Source: Octopus vulgaris
Lineage: Eukaryota
Length of the DNA stretch: 64,000 nucleotides
Assembly (NCBI GenBank): GCA_951406725.2
Contig: OX597814.1
Coordinates: 170,686,001 to 170,750,000 of the forward strand
Direction: 5' to 3'
Shown piece by piece: positions 23,731-36,195 of this stretch (positions within the stretch are counted from its first letter, which is position 1; each line of letters begins with the position of its first letter). The notes beneath the pieces are model-generated. The model worked only from the letters and a program-made list of their open reading frames with translations, was not told the origin of the DNA and did not search any database. A program made the translations under genes and the position numbers.

Positions 23731-26041
23731 AAATAAAGAAGGAGGACTACATTATTTAATAAAACTTTAATTTAATATAGCAGGGTATGATTTGAGGAGC
23801 ATTTAGTAATTATTTTGATCAGGTTGAGCAACTATGTAGAGGATCCTTCATAATCATCAACTGCAAGGAAGCAAAGCAGATATTTGATTTTGATTTTTCC
23901 AGTTTCAGCTCATGAGCTGTGGCCATGCTGGGGCACTGCCATTACAAGATAACTGCAACTATTTCTCCTAATTCGACAATCATGAAATATAATAATAAAA
24001 CGTCTTGAGTTCCACACACTACATAGATACCTATAAGCTGGCCACCATAATAAGAGTGTGTGCATGCTTTTGTGTGTGTGTGTGTGTGAATGTATGTGTA
24101 GATTTAATAATTTAATGATTCATTTAACTAGCTTAAATGTTTACTATCTTATCTTGTTATGAGCTTTTGCTTACATTAAATAAGACAGGCTTTAATTAAA
24201 TAAATGTCTGCAGGCCTTGAAGCACAGAAACTAAATGTTTAAAATGGTAAAAAAATATTTTTTAAAAAAAAGCTGTAAAACTTGGCTTAAGCTAATATTT
24301 TTCTGCATTGTTTTATTATTTTGCTTATCTTTTGGCTGTTTAGTTTGCTTTAAATAAAAGTATTACATTGAATATAAAATTAATTTTACAATAAGACTAA
24401 GACAATACTGTTTATTGACAATACAGCTAAATGTAGACACTAATATGGCAAATGCCAACACTATCATAGCAATGTCTACAGAATATGAGAGAGAGAGAGA
24501 GAGAGTGAGTGAAAGAGTGGGGGGGGGGGGCTCGTGGTAGATTAAGCGAAGAAAGGATAACAATAGTACATGGACAGCAAACAATGTGTGAGTAGTGCGT
24601 TATCTTTCAAGTAGTATCCACTGGAGTTTGCAGTAACAGCGACAGCTGCTGCATTGGCAACAAGCAGGAGAAAGAGTAAAGGAATAGTGACAGCATTTCA
24701 GCTAGATGTGTCACTGGAGAGTACATAGAGTCACACTTAGTAAATACACAGCTGTCAACAGTCATGTGTGTGATAGATGAGAGAAACACAATAGGCGCAT
24801 GTGTCCAGGTACTGCAGTCAAAATGCAAAAGTTAAAGCTAATAAATTTAGAGGAAGGCTGCTATATGTTTCTATAACAATGACTACCGTTCGTACCTTGG
24901 AGAAATGAATGCTCTAAATAAATGATTAAATATCTTCTACCCACCTCTAAAGAGCACCAATCAAATCAAAGTAATTAACTGCGAATGCATTCATAACTCC
25001 CCAGATATTTTTGCACTAGTCTTAATTATTTCTTTTAAGAGAAATTAAAACAACGCATATACACAGTTGTTGTTAAGCTAAACAATAGTCAGGTAAAAAT
25101 CTTTAACCTAGTTTTAATCCCCAGTTGGAAACCATTCCACTTACATTAACTCCTCAAGCAAAGGTATGAATACCATCAAAACAACTACCTTTTCTTCATC
25201 CTACAAAACTTAACAGAGCCAATCCATCTGACTACCCACCCACCCAGCTTATTGATAGTTAATACAAATTCAAAATAATTAACCTTAAAAAAAAAATTGA
25301 TACAGACATTTAATGTTAACCAGATTTATTTAAACTTTTATTAGGAAATAATTTTATCAATGTTTTAAGATATTTTCTTGTGGTATTTTCAAAATCTTTT
25401 TGTTTTTCAACTGATTAAAATATATAACTTATCTGTTTTACACACTAATCAGATAACGGAAAAATTTTATTAATAAAATCATCCTCATCCAACCTGCTGA
25501 TAATTATCCTAAAGTGCTCTAGTTTAGTACACACTAAGATAATATTCTTTCGTGAAACAGCTATAGTAAAACTGTATCCATTAAGAGACTTGAACATTTC
25601 ATGTGACAAAACTGATGAACATCAAATCAGCAGACCGCTGGTTCTAATTTAGTAGCTGTGACATTTTCACAACTTCTAATGATTATACAAAAGTTAGATC
25701 AACAGACTCAAGTAACTTCTAAATATGAATGTAAACCATAAAGTAAGAGAGAGAGAGAGGAAGAGATAGGAGGGGCAATTGAAAACAATGTACAGGAGTA
25801 AGCAATCGAGTAAAATCATTCATAAGGCTAGTTTGGTTTGTTTTCAAACAGTCTATAAAAGAAAATTTCTCCTCTGAGACAGTAACTGCAGTGAAGGACT
25901 CTACAGCTATAAATAATAGCATGCAGACTATTGGGTTAAAAAAATACCCTTGGGTGGAGAAAAATTGAAGAGTGCCCATGGTACATGAACCCACATTTTC
26001 TGTGAACATGACACATGTCCTACCATTACACCAAAACAACT

Positions 26042-26423
26042 CTTACTCTTTTACGTGTTTCAGTCATTTGACTGTGGCCATGCTAGAGCACCACCTTTAG
26101 TCGAGCAAATTGACCCCAGGACTTATTCTTTGTAAGCCTAGCACTTATTCTATCAGTCTCTTTTGCCGAACCGCTAGTTACAGGAATGTAAATACACCAG
26201 CATTGGTTGTCAAGCAATGTTGGGGGGACAAACACTGACACACATACATACATATATACAACGGGCTTCTTTCAGTTTCTGTCTACCAAATCCACTCACA
26301 AGGCATTGGTCGGCCCGAGGCTATAGTAGAAGACACTTGCCCAAGGTGCCACACAGTGGGACTGAACCAAGAACTATGTGGTTCGTAAGCAATCTACTTA
26401 CCACACAGTCATTCCTACGCCTA
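26042..26423 (-). mobile_element. tRNA-derived SINE (family D), full length
   Basis: Complete tail-to-head match to other family D copies. Confidence 0.9.
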
Positions 26424-27292
26424 TTTTTTTTTTATTTGTTTTATTAGCTTTCTTTCTACCAGTGAGAACTGTGTGTCATTTACATCATACGGATTTAGAA
26501 ATTTCACAAGATAGGAAAGAAAATAATTTCTAATAGTGGAACTCAAACTAGATAAAGCTATAAATAACAGTATGCGGAATATTGTGTGAAAACCCTCACT
26601 TGGATGGAAAAGAATCAAAGGCTTTCTGTCCAAGGGGCTCTATATGCAATCATTTATGACTCTATCTACCTTGAGTTCTACTTTTAAAAACAACTTATTT
26701 CATGTCTGACAAAGTTTTTAAATTCTTATAAAAATGCATACAGTTTTATTTTAATCATCACTGCTTAGTGAACCTTTAAGTAATATGAACTTGACGAAGT
26801 TTAGCAAATATATCTTTTATTGGTTGCATATAAGAATGGCAGTTCTTAGTGTAAACTATGGATTCGGTCCCTTTACCTGATGGGGTTAGAACCTTCCCAC
26901 AGGAAACACAATCTTTCATAATCCAGCTTGGTGTGCTTTCACATGGTCTATAACAGAGAATTTCTCCTCCAAGACAGTTACAGCAGTAAAGGTCACTCTC
27001 TGTTTGAGTGTACATGAACATATTAAATATAAAATATACACAGCTTTATTTCAATTGTCAGTGTTTGATGTGTGAGTATGCATATCTGCCAGCATATATT
27101 AGCAAGAAAACAAAAAGAAATACTGCTTTAAGAAAAAAAAAAACATACTAAGTGTTATATTTGTATTGTATTGAGTTAAATAATTACTGATTACATATAC
27201 TGTAAGAAATGTTATTAACCAGTGACTGATCTAATGAAAACCTGTAACCAATGATACTTTTTGGTTCATTAATTTTGACTAAGTAAATAAAT

Positions 27293-27680
27293 AGGCGTAG
27301 GAGTGGCTATGTGGCAAGTATCTTGCTTATGAACCACATGGTTCCAGGTTCATTCCTACTGCATGGCACTTTGAGCAAATGTCTTCTATTATAGCCTCGG
27401 GCCGACCAAAACCTTGTGAGTGGATTTGGTAGACGGAAACTGAAAGAAGCCCGTTGTATATATGTATATATATGTGTATGTGTGTGTATATGTTTGTCCC
27501 CACTCCACCATTGCTTGACAACTGATGCTGGTGTGCTTACGTACCCGTAACTTAGCGGTTCAGCAAAAGAGACCGATAGAATAAGTACTAAGCTAACAAA
27601 GAATGGGGTCAATTTGCTTGACTAAAGGCGGTGCTCCAGCATGGCTGCAGTCAAATGACTGGAACAAGTAAAAGAGTAAA
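27293..27680 (+). mobile_element. tRNA-derived SINE (family D), full length, followed by an older copy to ~28010
   Basis: AGGCGTAGGAGTGGCTATGTGGCAAG...GGTTCATTCC head; GACTGGAACAAGTAAAAGAGTAA tail. Confidence 0.9.
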
Positions 27681-28399
27681 TAGGTTTTAACAATACTAGA
27701 ACTGATATTTGTATGATTTAGCTGTGTAGTTTAAAAAATTGCTTTTCAGCCACATGATTTTGAGTTCAATCCCACCAAGCAGCACTTTGGGCAAGTGTCC
27801 TGGGCTGACCAATGCCATGTGAATGAATTTGGAAGACAGAAACTATATCAAAACCTGTCTGTATGTGTCTTTACTCCACTCACCATTTGACAACTAATGT
27901 TGGTTATTTTTTTTTCATCCCAGTAACATAAGGTGATTGATAAATTCAGAGTTAAAAAATAAGTACAGAGGTTAATTTGCTCAACTAAAACCCTCCAAAG
28001 CAGTACCCCAGGGCCTTTTATTCTCAATGGCTCAGGTTACCTGTATGCTGTTACTATTTAACCACATGTCAACTGTGATGAAACAGAACTATGATCAGTG
28101 GAATTCTGTGATCATTCTCTTTTTTGTTTTTTTTTAGGATAGCATGATGGGATTCAAGGAATAGATACTATTTCTAGCATGTCAAGTGACCACAAAGAGG
28201 TCTTATTGGCTTACCTTGCTGGAAGTTGATATCACAATTTGTGCAGCAAGAACGATATAGCATTGAAATGGAGACTTGCTTAAACCCATCCTTGTGATAT
28301 AAGGTGAAGCAGGATTGTCTCTGCATTTTTAAATGACACTTCTTTAGTGACTTATGAAATTCATTACATAAAAGTATGCATACATACAATGCACAAATT

Positions 28400-29342
28400 A
28401 CTTACATATAATGTCAGTGGGCATACTTGACAGAGTGTAAGTACCTTGAGAGAAAAGTAGGACCTAAGAAGCATCAGATGTGGTGCGCAAGAGAGACGAC
28501 TGCGTTGGTATGGTCTGGTGGTGCAAATGGATGAGGATAGCCGGGTGAAAAAGTGCCATACCTTCGTGGTTGAGGGAACCTGTGGAAGAGGAAGACCTAG
28601 GAAGACATGGGTTGAGGTGGTGAAGCATGACCTTTGAACATTAAGCCTCACTGAGGCAATGACTAGTGACCAGGACCTTTGAAAATATGCTGTGCTTGAG
28701 AAGACCTGGCAAGCCAAATGAGACCATAACGCATGGCCTATGCCAGCCCACTTATGCGTACCTTTCCTTCATTGGACACTAAACTCTGCTTGTGAAGACC
28801 TGTTGAGGCAAGTGAAATCAAAATTAAAACCAAATTCGATGACAGCATTGCATGAGAGGCATCCGTGCTAGTGGAGCGCTAAGAGCACCATCTGAGTGTG
28901 ATCGTTGCCAGAGCAGCTGACTGGCTTCCGTGCTGGTGGCACGTAAAAAGCACCATTTGAGCATGATTGTTACCAGTGTCACCTTACTGGCACTTGTGCT
29001 GGTGGCATGTGAAAAAATACTCGAGTGATGTCGTAGCCAGTGCCACTGGACTGGCTCCTTTGCAGGTGGCATGTAAAAAACACCATTTGAGCGTGGCCAT
29101 TGCCAGTACCGTCTGACTGGCCCTCATGCCGGTGGCATGTAAAAGCACCCACTACACTCTTTTTTGTATTGCAAACATAAAATCTAAGAGAGTGGTTTGC
29201 GTTAGGAAGGGTATCCAGCTGTAGAAACTCTGCCAGATCAGATTGGAGCCTGGTGCAGCCATCTGGTTCGCCAGTTTCCAGTCAAATCGTCCAACCCATG
29301 CCAGCATGGAAAGCAGATGTTAAACGATGATGATGATGATGA
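28400..29342 (+). mobile_element. RTE-clade LINE 3' end: ORF C-terminus, 3'UTR and (GAT)n tail
   Basis: QSVSTLREK*DLRSIRCGAQERRLRWYGLVVQMDEDSRVKKCHTFVVEGTCGRGRPRKTWVEVVKHDL* matches RTE RLRWFGHV.R...GRPRKTW...V..DL. Ends CCATGCCAGCATGGAAAGCAGATGTTAAAC(GAT)n. Confidence 0.9.
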
Positions 29343-30289
29343 ATGTATAGTCCTGAATACGATTTCCCACTGCATCTGGCAGCAGGTCGGTCTCTGATTT
29401 GGGAACCCCAGGGTTTTGAAGAGTATGGAACCACCTCTTAGTCAGTATTTCTCCCAGGTCTTCTATGACTCAGAGTAATAACACCAATCAGGGTCTCAGC
29501 TATGGGTTATTTGGCATGTTATGAAAGAAACTCCATGCACAAAACCTCACTACCTTATGAAGAAAAAGGAGAGTCGATATTGACAGCTAATCAAAGAGTG
29601 AATTCCCTCAGGCAGTCCAGTGCCCTCTTTGACACCTTTCCAGTAATTCCCATGTAGGTGGAACCCTCCAGCTCTCTAAGGCAATTCACTTAGAAAGCCA
29701 CTCCATTGTAAAACCTACAACTTGCAAGTCATCACAGCTGTCTTAGCCCACTGAGCCACTGCGGTCAGATTTTCTACTCTAAAGAGTGGGATCGGATTGT
29801 AAGGACTGATTCTCACTATAAAACTAATAAGCGCAGGTGGGAAGGAAAGCCCTGCAGCATCAAAGATCAGTTTACATAACCACTAGTCCCACTATCATAC
29901 TTTTACCTCTCAATATCTGGTATAAAGCCGCTTCCCTCAATACAACACCCACACTCAGCTGAGGGTTTTTGTCTTGTAGGTTACCTGGTGACCTAATTAG
30001 TGCTGGCAATAGGGGGAAAAATGCAACCAGTACACCCTTTAAAGTGGTTGGCATAAGGAAAGGTATCCTATCATAGAAACCATGCCAAAACAGACATTGA
30101 AGTTCAGTACAGTTTCCTGTCAAACCATCAGTCCCTCTCAGGATGGAAAATGGATGTTAAACAATCCTGAAGAATCTGATGATTTTATATCTGGACTGTT
30201 TTTAAATAATCCCTTATGGGGATATTGCTTCCTCAAATTTTGTAATATATATATATATATAATGTATATATATATATATATATATTGAG

Positions 30290-30621
30290 AGACCCCCTTC
30301 GTTCATGACTGACCATGGGATTGCACCTAGAAAGTTACCCTCCCAGGCACAAGTTCAGGCAAGGTTGTTTATAGAAGACCAGCAGTTGCCCATGTGAACT
30401 GGCCTCCTCTCTTCACGCCACCAGTGTTATCCAAGGGAAAGGTAACGGCAGATACAGCTTGGCACCTGTGACGTCGCAACTCATTTCTACAGCTGAGTGA
30501 ACTGGAGTAACGTAAAATAAAGTGTCTTGCTCAAGAACACAACACGCAGCCTGGTCCGGGATTTGAACTCACAACCACATGATCGTAAGCTCGACGCTCT
30601 AACCACTGAGCCATGCGCCTT
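30290..30621 (-). mobile_element. tRNA-derived SINE (family A)
   Basis: Reverse complement of the 801-1140 element. Confidence 0.85.
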
Positions 30622-30639
30622 CACACACACACATATATA

Positions 30640-31143
30640 TCTATATATATAAAACTGTAGTTGTGTGAGTGTCTGTCTCCTACGATTTAGATTCCTAACT
30701 CCTCCCACATTTTGCGGTGCAGTTTAACCAAATTCGGGTATCTTATAGTCGTGATTCATATCGAGCCCGTCTGAGTATTAGCGCGCGTCTACGATGAGTC
30801 TACGATTTAAAAAATAATTTAACATAATTTTTTATTCCATTTTAATGCATAATTTTTCGTGTGTCGATGGCGGCGGAGTTGGCGTCCATGGTCACACCTG
30901 CACCTGCTTGCTTCTCCCCTCCCTCGTGAAGCTGTGGGGAAGGGAGTGTAAGGAAATCAACGTCGTAAAGCGTTGTCAAGGAGACCAGCGTTCTTTTAGA
31001 ACAACGACTTCATGGCTTGAAGACACCAAAACAGAAATGGCTAAGAAAGCCCGAATTGGCATCTATAAGGGAAGTAACTCTCTAAAAAAGCTTATATAGT
31101 TATTTCCCTTACAAACCCGAGCAATGCCGGGCGATACTGCTAG
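30640..31143 (+). mobile_element. Non-autonomous Helitron
   Basis: 5' TC, 3' hairpin CCCGAGCAATGCCGGG and CTAG|T. Shares 5' ~200 bp and 3' ~70 bp with 19812-20202. Confidence 0.85.
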
Positions 31144-31154
31144 TATATATATAT

Positions 31155-31360
31155 TATTCTTATACAAGAATGTTGTTGATAGTGACTGCAAAGTTTGGCC
31201 AGCTAAGCCAATGTCGAACTGCAGTCCAATGATGCTTAGCTGGCTGAAACTTCAAAGCCACAGTCAACATTCTTGAATAAGAATAAATTTGTACTTTACA
31301 AAAAGTACATAGGAACTCTTCAGATTAATGTAGAATTGTTCTTATAAGAGAACATAAAAA
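31155..31360. mobile_element. Palindromic pLTR-like element, family H4 (half hammerhead)
   Basis: Inverted arms TATTCTTATACAAGAATGTTG...CAACATTCTTGAATAAGAATA plus right tail. Arm consensus approximates GAAACTT-CG-AAGTC; no CTGANGA seen. Confidence 0.4.
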
Positions 31361-31811
31361 CAATATATATAGTACACACACATACAAATACATTGCAGAT
31401 GCGTTAACTATGTTAATTAAAACACGTTGAAACAGTACAAATATTTTAACTACTCATTAAACACCAAACAAAGACGAATGTAAGACTGATAATTCACACA
31501 AATACAAGGTAGAAATGTGTTTTGTTAATGATATATGTGTGTGCATGCACACACACACACACACACAGAGAAGAGAAAGAACGAGAATTTTATTTTCCAC
31601 AAATACATCGTTAAACCTTTCATGACTAGATTTCTAATGAAATACCATGTCTATACGTTTTAATTAATTTTGAAGTGAATCAAGAATTAAGAGAGAATTA
31701 ATAAAATAATTTTGTCCTCATTATGAAGCTGATGTTTAGAACATAAAACATTTGTAATTTTTTAAAAACAATTATGAAGGAAGATTGTAAATTTAAATAC
31801 AAACATTGTAA

Positions 31812-32022
31812 CCCTTTAGCATTCAGATTATCAAATGTAATGTCTATTCACATTGTTTTGAATTAATCATGCATTATCTGATAGTTTTGAGATTTTAATG
31901 ATGTGATAGTTTATTTTTAGAATGACATTGTAGGGTAGGTATGAGAAGCAGGATCTGTCCAGTTTGAACATAAAACAGGCAGAATATTTGGGCTGGAAAT
32001 GGCCAGTCTAAATGCTAAAGGG
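31812..32022. mobile_element. piggyBac-type MITE
   Basis: TIR CCCTTTAGCATT / AATGCTAAAGGG with TTAA on the right and GTAA on the left. Partial second copy at ~32385-32490. Confidence 0.7.
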
Positions 32023-33315
32023 TTAACCTCCAAAGCTTAAATCTAGTTTCAAATTTATATATAACAAGTGACTTTAAACTTTAGAGAAAAATATTTCTTA
32101 TAATTTTATAAATTTTGTATAATATTTAGAAAAATAATAATTCTTTCTAATTTTGGTACAATGCCAGGAATTCTGAGAGGAGGAGCAAAACGATTTTATT
32201 GACCCAAGTACCTGACTAGCACTTTATATTACATCGTGTAACATGATTTTTGTCTTTGGATACCAACTATTATTTCCTATTTGCTTACCCCTAGAAAGTA
32301 TGAAAAACTGCTAATATTTCCTCCAAACTTTGATTTTGTTACGTTCATTCAAACTCCAAAGAGTCTCATCAATGATGAGATTACTTGTAGAATGGTATTG
32401 TAAGATAGGTATGAGAGGCCAGATCTGGCCAGTTCGAACATATAACCAAGAGAATATTTGGGCCAGATATGACCAGTTTAAATGCTAAAAGATATGAAAT
32501 TATAGAATTAGAGGGTGGTTTCAATAAGAGAGAGGTTAACTAAGTTGATCACAAACACACAAGATGAGAATGATAATTCATCATCATCATCATCATCGTT
32601 TAACGTCCGCTTTCCATGCTAGCATGGGTTGGACGATTTGACTGAGGACTGGCAAACCAGATGGCTGCACCAGGCTCCAATCTTGATCTGGCAGAGTTTC
32701 TACAGCTGGATGCCCTTCCTAACACCAACCACTCCGAGAATGTAGTGGGTGCTTTTACGTGCCACCGGCACGAGGGCCAGTCAGGTGGAACTGGCAACGG
32801 CCATGAAAAATCTCATGCTTTTTTTTTCAATTTTATGTGTCACCTGCACACTGGCACAAGTGTCAGTAAGGCGACGCTGAATTCATAAATATATAGCAAG
32901 AAATGCATTCATCATCATCTAATGTTCATTTTCCATGCTGGCATGGGTTGGATGGTTTGACTGAAAACTGGTAAGCTGTACCAGGTTTCAATCTGGTTTG
33001 GCATGATTTCTAACATGGAAATTGAGTAAAGATTGACAGCAATGGGGAGGAAAATAATAAAAAAAAAGAAAGAAAAAAGAAAGCCAGCAAATGTACAGAA
33101 AAGTTTTATTTCAATAAATTTTTTTTTATTTTGTAAGTCATGTGTGATGGATTTTCATTATTTCCTATTGCTTCTTGATTTCCTTGCCATTATTATTATT
33201 GAGATGGGGTGGAGGGATGGAGAGAGAGGATAAATAAACTAGTGGATACAAAATGTGATAAGAAGTGGAGGTTCTGGGTATAGGGAGAAAGAAACATATA
33301 TATATATATATATAT

Positions 33316-33703
33316 GCTCTTTTGCTTGTTTCAGTCATTTGACTGCGGCCATGCTGGAGCACCACCTTTAGTTGAGCAAATCGACCCGGGACTTATTCTT
33401 TGTAAGCCCAGTACTTATTCTATCGATCTCTTTTGCCGAACTGCTACATGACGGGGATGTAAACGCACCAGCATCGGTTGTCAAGCAATGCTAGGAGGAC
33501 AAACACAGACACACATATATATATATATACATATATACGACAGGCTTCTTTCAGTTTCTGTCTCCCAAATCCACTCACAAGGCATTGGTCAGCCCGGGGC
33601 TACAGCAGAAGACACTTGCCCAAGATGCCACGCAGTGAGACTGAACCCAGAACCATGTGGTTGGTTAGCAAGCTACTTACCACACAGCCACTCCTGCGCC
33701 TAT
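33316..33703 (-). mobile_element. tRNA-derived SINE (family D), full length
   Basis: Complete match to family D. Confidence 0.9.
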
Positions 33704-33869
33704 ATACACACACACACATAAATTTGATCTTTTTCTCATTAGGCTGCAGCCACTCAGAGGCACCACCTTTAAGAATCAACTACAGTACTTTTTTCGTTTA
33801 AGCATGGTACTTACTCTATCAGTCACTTTTACTGAACTGCTAGGTTACACGGATGTAAACACACCAACA

Positions 33870-34540
33870 AGTCTCTTGTTTAAGTTGGTGAATGATGCCA
33901 TAATCCTTGCCCTCAGTTCATCTTTGATCTTACAAGGAGTTTTGTTGGTCTCTTGCTCAGCTATGCACCACACACAATAATCAAGGGGATTGCAGTCTGG
34001 GGAGTTAAGTGGTCAGATGTTAGGGGTGATGTGGTCGCAGAAATTGTCTGACAACCATAACTGGAATCTCCTGCTTGTGTGGCATGGTGCAGAGTCCTGT
34101 TGCCAGACATAGGGTCCTCCAGCAGTCACCCTCTTGGCCTAGGGCAGCACTACCTCCTCCAGGCACTCGTTGTAGGCCCCGTGTTGAGTGAGGTCATGTA
34201 GGAAGATGAATGGAGACATAACATCACCATCACTAGTGATCACTCCAAACACCATGATGCTGCCTGGATGTTTGATCTTTTTCACTCTCGGTACATGTCC
34301 TCAGATCGACACTCAGACACACTGAAATGTTCATATTGGAGCTTCTGGCGTGAATGCCAAGCAATACAGCATGTTGTTTCCAAATTTCTGGCAAAGTGAA
34401 TTGCATCATGGTGCTGTTTTTCTCAAAAACAGTGCCCAATTGACCTTACAATACTGTGTAGTTGACAAAATCAAAAACAAACAATATGCATGTGCAAAAT
34501 TATAAATATAAATTAGTGATAATTTACCAATTGCACCCTG
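33870..34540 (-). mobile_element. Deleted DD37D (maT) Tc1/mariner-superfamily transposon
   Basis: TIR TA|CAGGGTGCAATTGGTAAATT at 34540. N-terminus MMQFTLPEIWKQHAVLLGI.. is fused to KHPGSIMVFGVITSDGDVMSPFIF...PYVWQQDSAPCHTSRRFQLWLSDNFCDHITPNI*PLNSPDCNPLDYCVW, with 37 residues between the second and third catalytic D. Confidence 0.9.
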
Positions 34541-34566
34541 TATGCATGTGTGTGTGTGTGTGTGTG

Positions 34567-34604
<38 letters not shown>

Positions 34605-34708
34605 GGGCTTCTTTCAGCTAGCATCTATCAAATCCATTCACAAGGCTTTGGTTGGCCAAAGAACATAGTAGATGCTAACCAAAGGAGCCACACAGTGGGA
34701 CTGATCCC

Positions 34709-34749
<41 letters not shown>

Positions 34750-35967
34750 TACATACATAGTTCATGTGTGTGGATGTATATATGTGAACATAATAAACAA
34801 CAAACTGCACATTATAATAAGAATGTATTGCAGTTGCATAGGTAAATTTGGGCATAGAATAAACTTGCCAGGTCTCAATAAAATCTGGCACTATGTAAAA
34901 GAAACCAAAAACAAGCTGGCTAGAATTTCTGCAAAGAAAAACGAAAATTGGCCCCCCACTATCACATTAAAAAAATGTGTGGGGTATGAAAAAAATTTTT
35001 TTTTTAAATCCTGTTTTCAAAGAAATACTCTTTTTCCATTTCTTCATATACCTGAAATGACTGAACTTACCTGTTCTCAGGACATCTGAATTCATTTCAT
35101 TTCAATTGGATTTTATTAAAGGTGAACTTCAGTTGAAAAAAACAACAACAAACAAACATTAATAACAAAAAGATGGTATGTTAGATATTAAACTGATAAT
35201 CTTTTTTATTTTTTTCATATATTATATTTTTTATTGTATATTATGTGTTCTTTTTCTTTCTTTCATTTGCTGCTGGCTGGCCAATTCTTTGGAAATATAT
35301 GCAGGTGGAAATGGAAGTGAACATTTTTTTTTTGGTCACTGTAGTGTTGTAATCAATCTGGAAGCATTTCTTTGGTAAATCTTTCTTCTTTCTTGAAATC
35401 TTCTTGAAATGATATCCAACAAGCTAAATAATGAAAATCTGGCAAGGTACAAAAATAATATACCTGATTCTTGTCAGGTAGATTATTTTCTTTTGGAAAA
35501 AAAGGTATATTTAAAACAATAAAAATTAAAGAGAAGAAAAACAGTGAAGTACAAACAGATAAAGAAGAACGAAACAAAATAATTATATATTATTGTGTTG
35601 TGGTTGATAATTTAGCATTAATTAAAATTTAATATAGAAAACAAATATTAAAAAAAACATCCTTTTATTATCGAAATGTTTGGTTTTAACCCTTTCAGTG
35701 TGGAAATTAGATATATGCATTGCCCTTAACTGCAGAAAGCAGTTTTATATATCAATCTATCTTTTGTGAATGCCATGTTTAAAACACCTTTTTTGATGAG
35801 GTATGTCAAATTTATTGAGGCAATGTGACTCGTAGAAAATACTGAAATAACTATGAAATTTAATTTTGCAGCTGAAGAGGTGTTTTCCGACAGACATACA
35901 TTATAGATACAAACAGCAGAATATGTACCTTTTAGAAAATAATAATAATTAGTACTGTTGTTATATT

Positions 35968-36195
35968 GTGGAGGTGTGTGGCTTAGTGGTTAGGGTGTCA
36001 GCACCGTGATCGTAAGATTGTGGTTTCAATTCCTGGACCGGGTGATGCATTGTGTTCTTGAGCAAAACACTTCATTTCACGTTGCTCCAGTCCACTCAGC
36101 TGGCAAAAATGAGTAACGCTGGGGAATACATACGCCATAGAAACCAGGAAACCGGGCCCATGAGCCTGGCTAGGCTTTAAAAATGTGCATTTATT
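35968..36195 (+). mobile_element. tRNA-derived SINE (family C)
   Basis: Matches 22401-22650. Confidence 0.85.

Noticed and set aside
26776-27021. Cys-rich minus-strand ORF with a possible CAG|GTAAAG donor at 26877
   Set aside because: No recognisable domain, ambiguous acceptor and no partner exons.
28174-28389. Minus-strand open frames ending at an AAG|GTAAG donor near 28216
   Set aside because: No clear acceptor or homology, and it is sandwiched between repeats.
11448-33801. Recurrent ORF motif RASFSF.LPNPLTR.WSARGYSRRHLPKVP..TEPRTMW
   Set aside because: It is the antisense translation of the family D SINE head, not a protein family.
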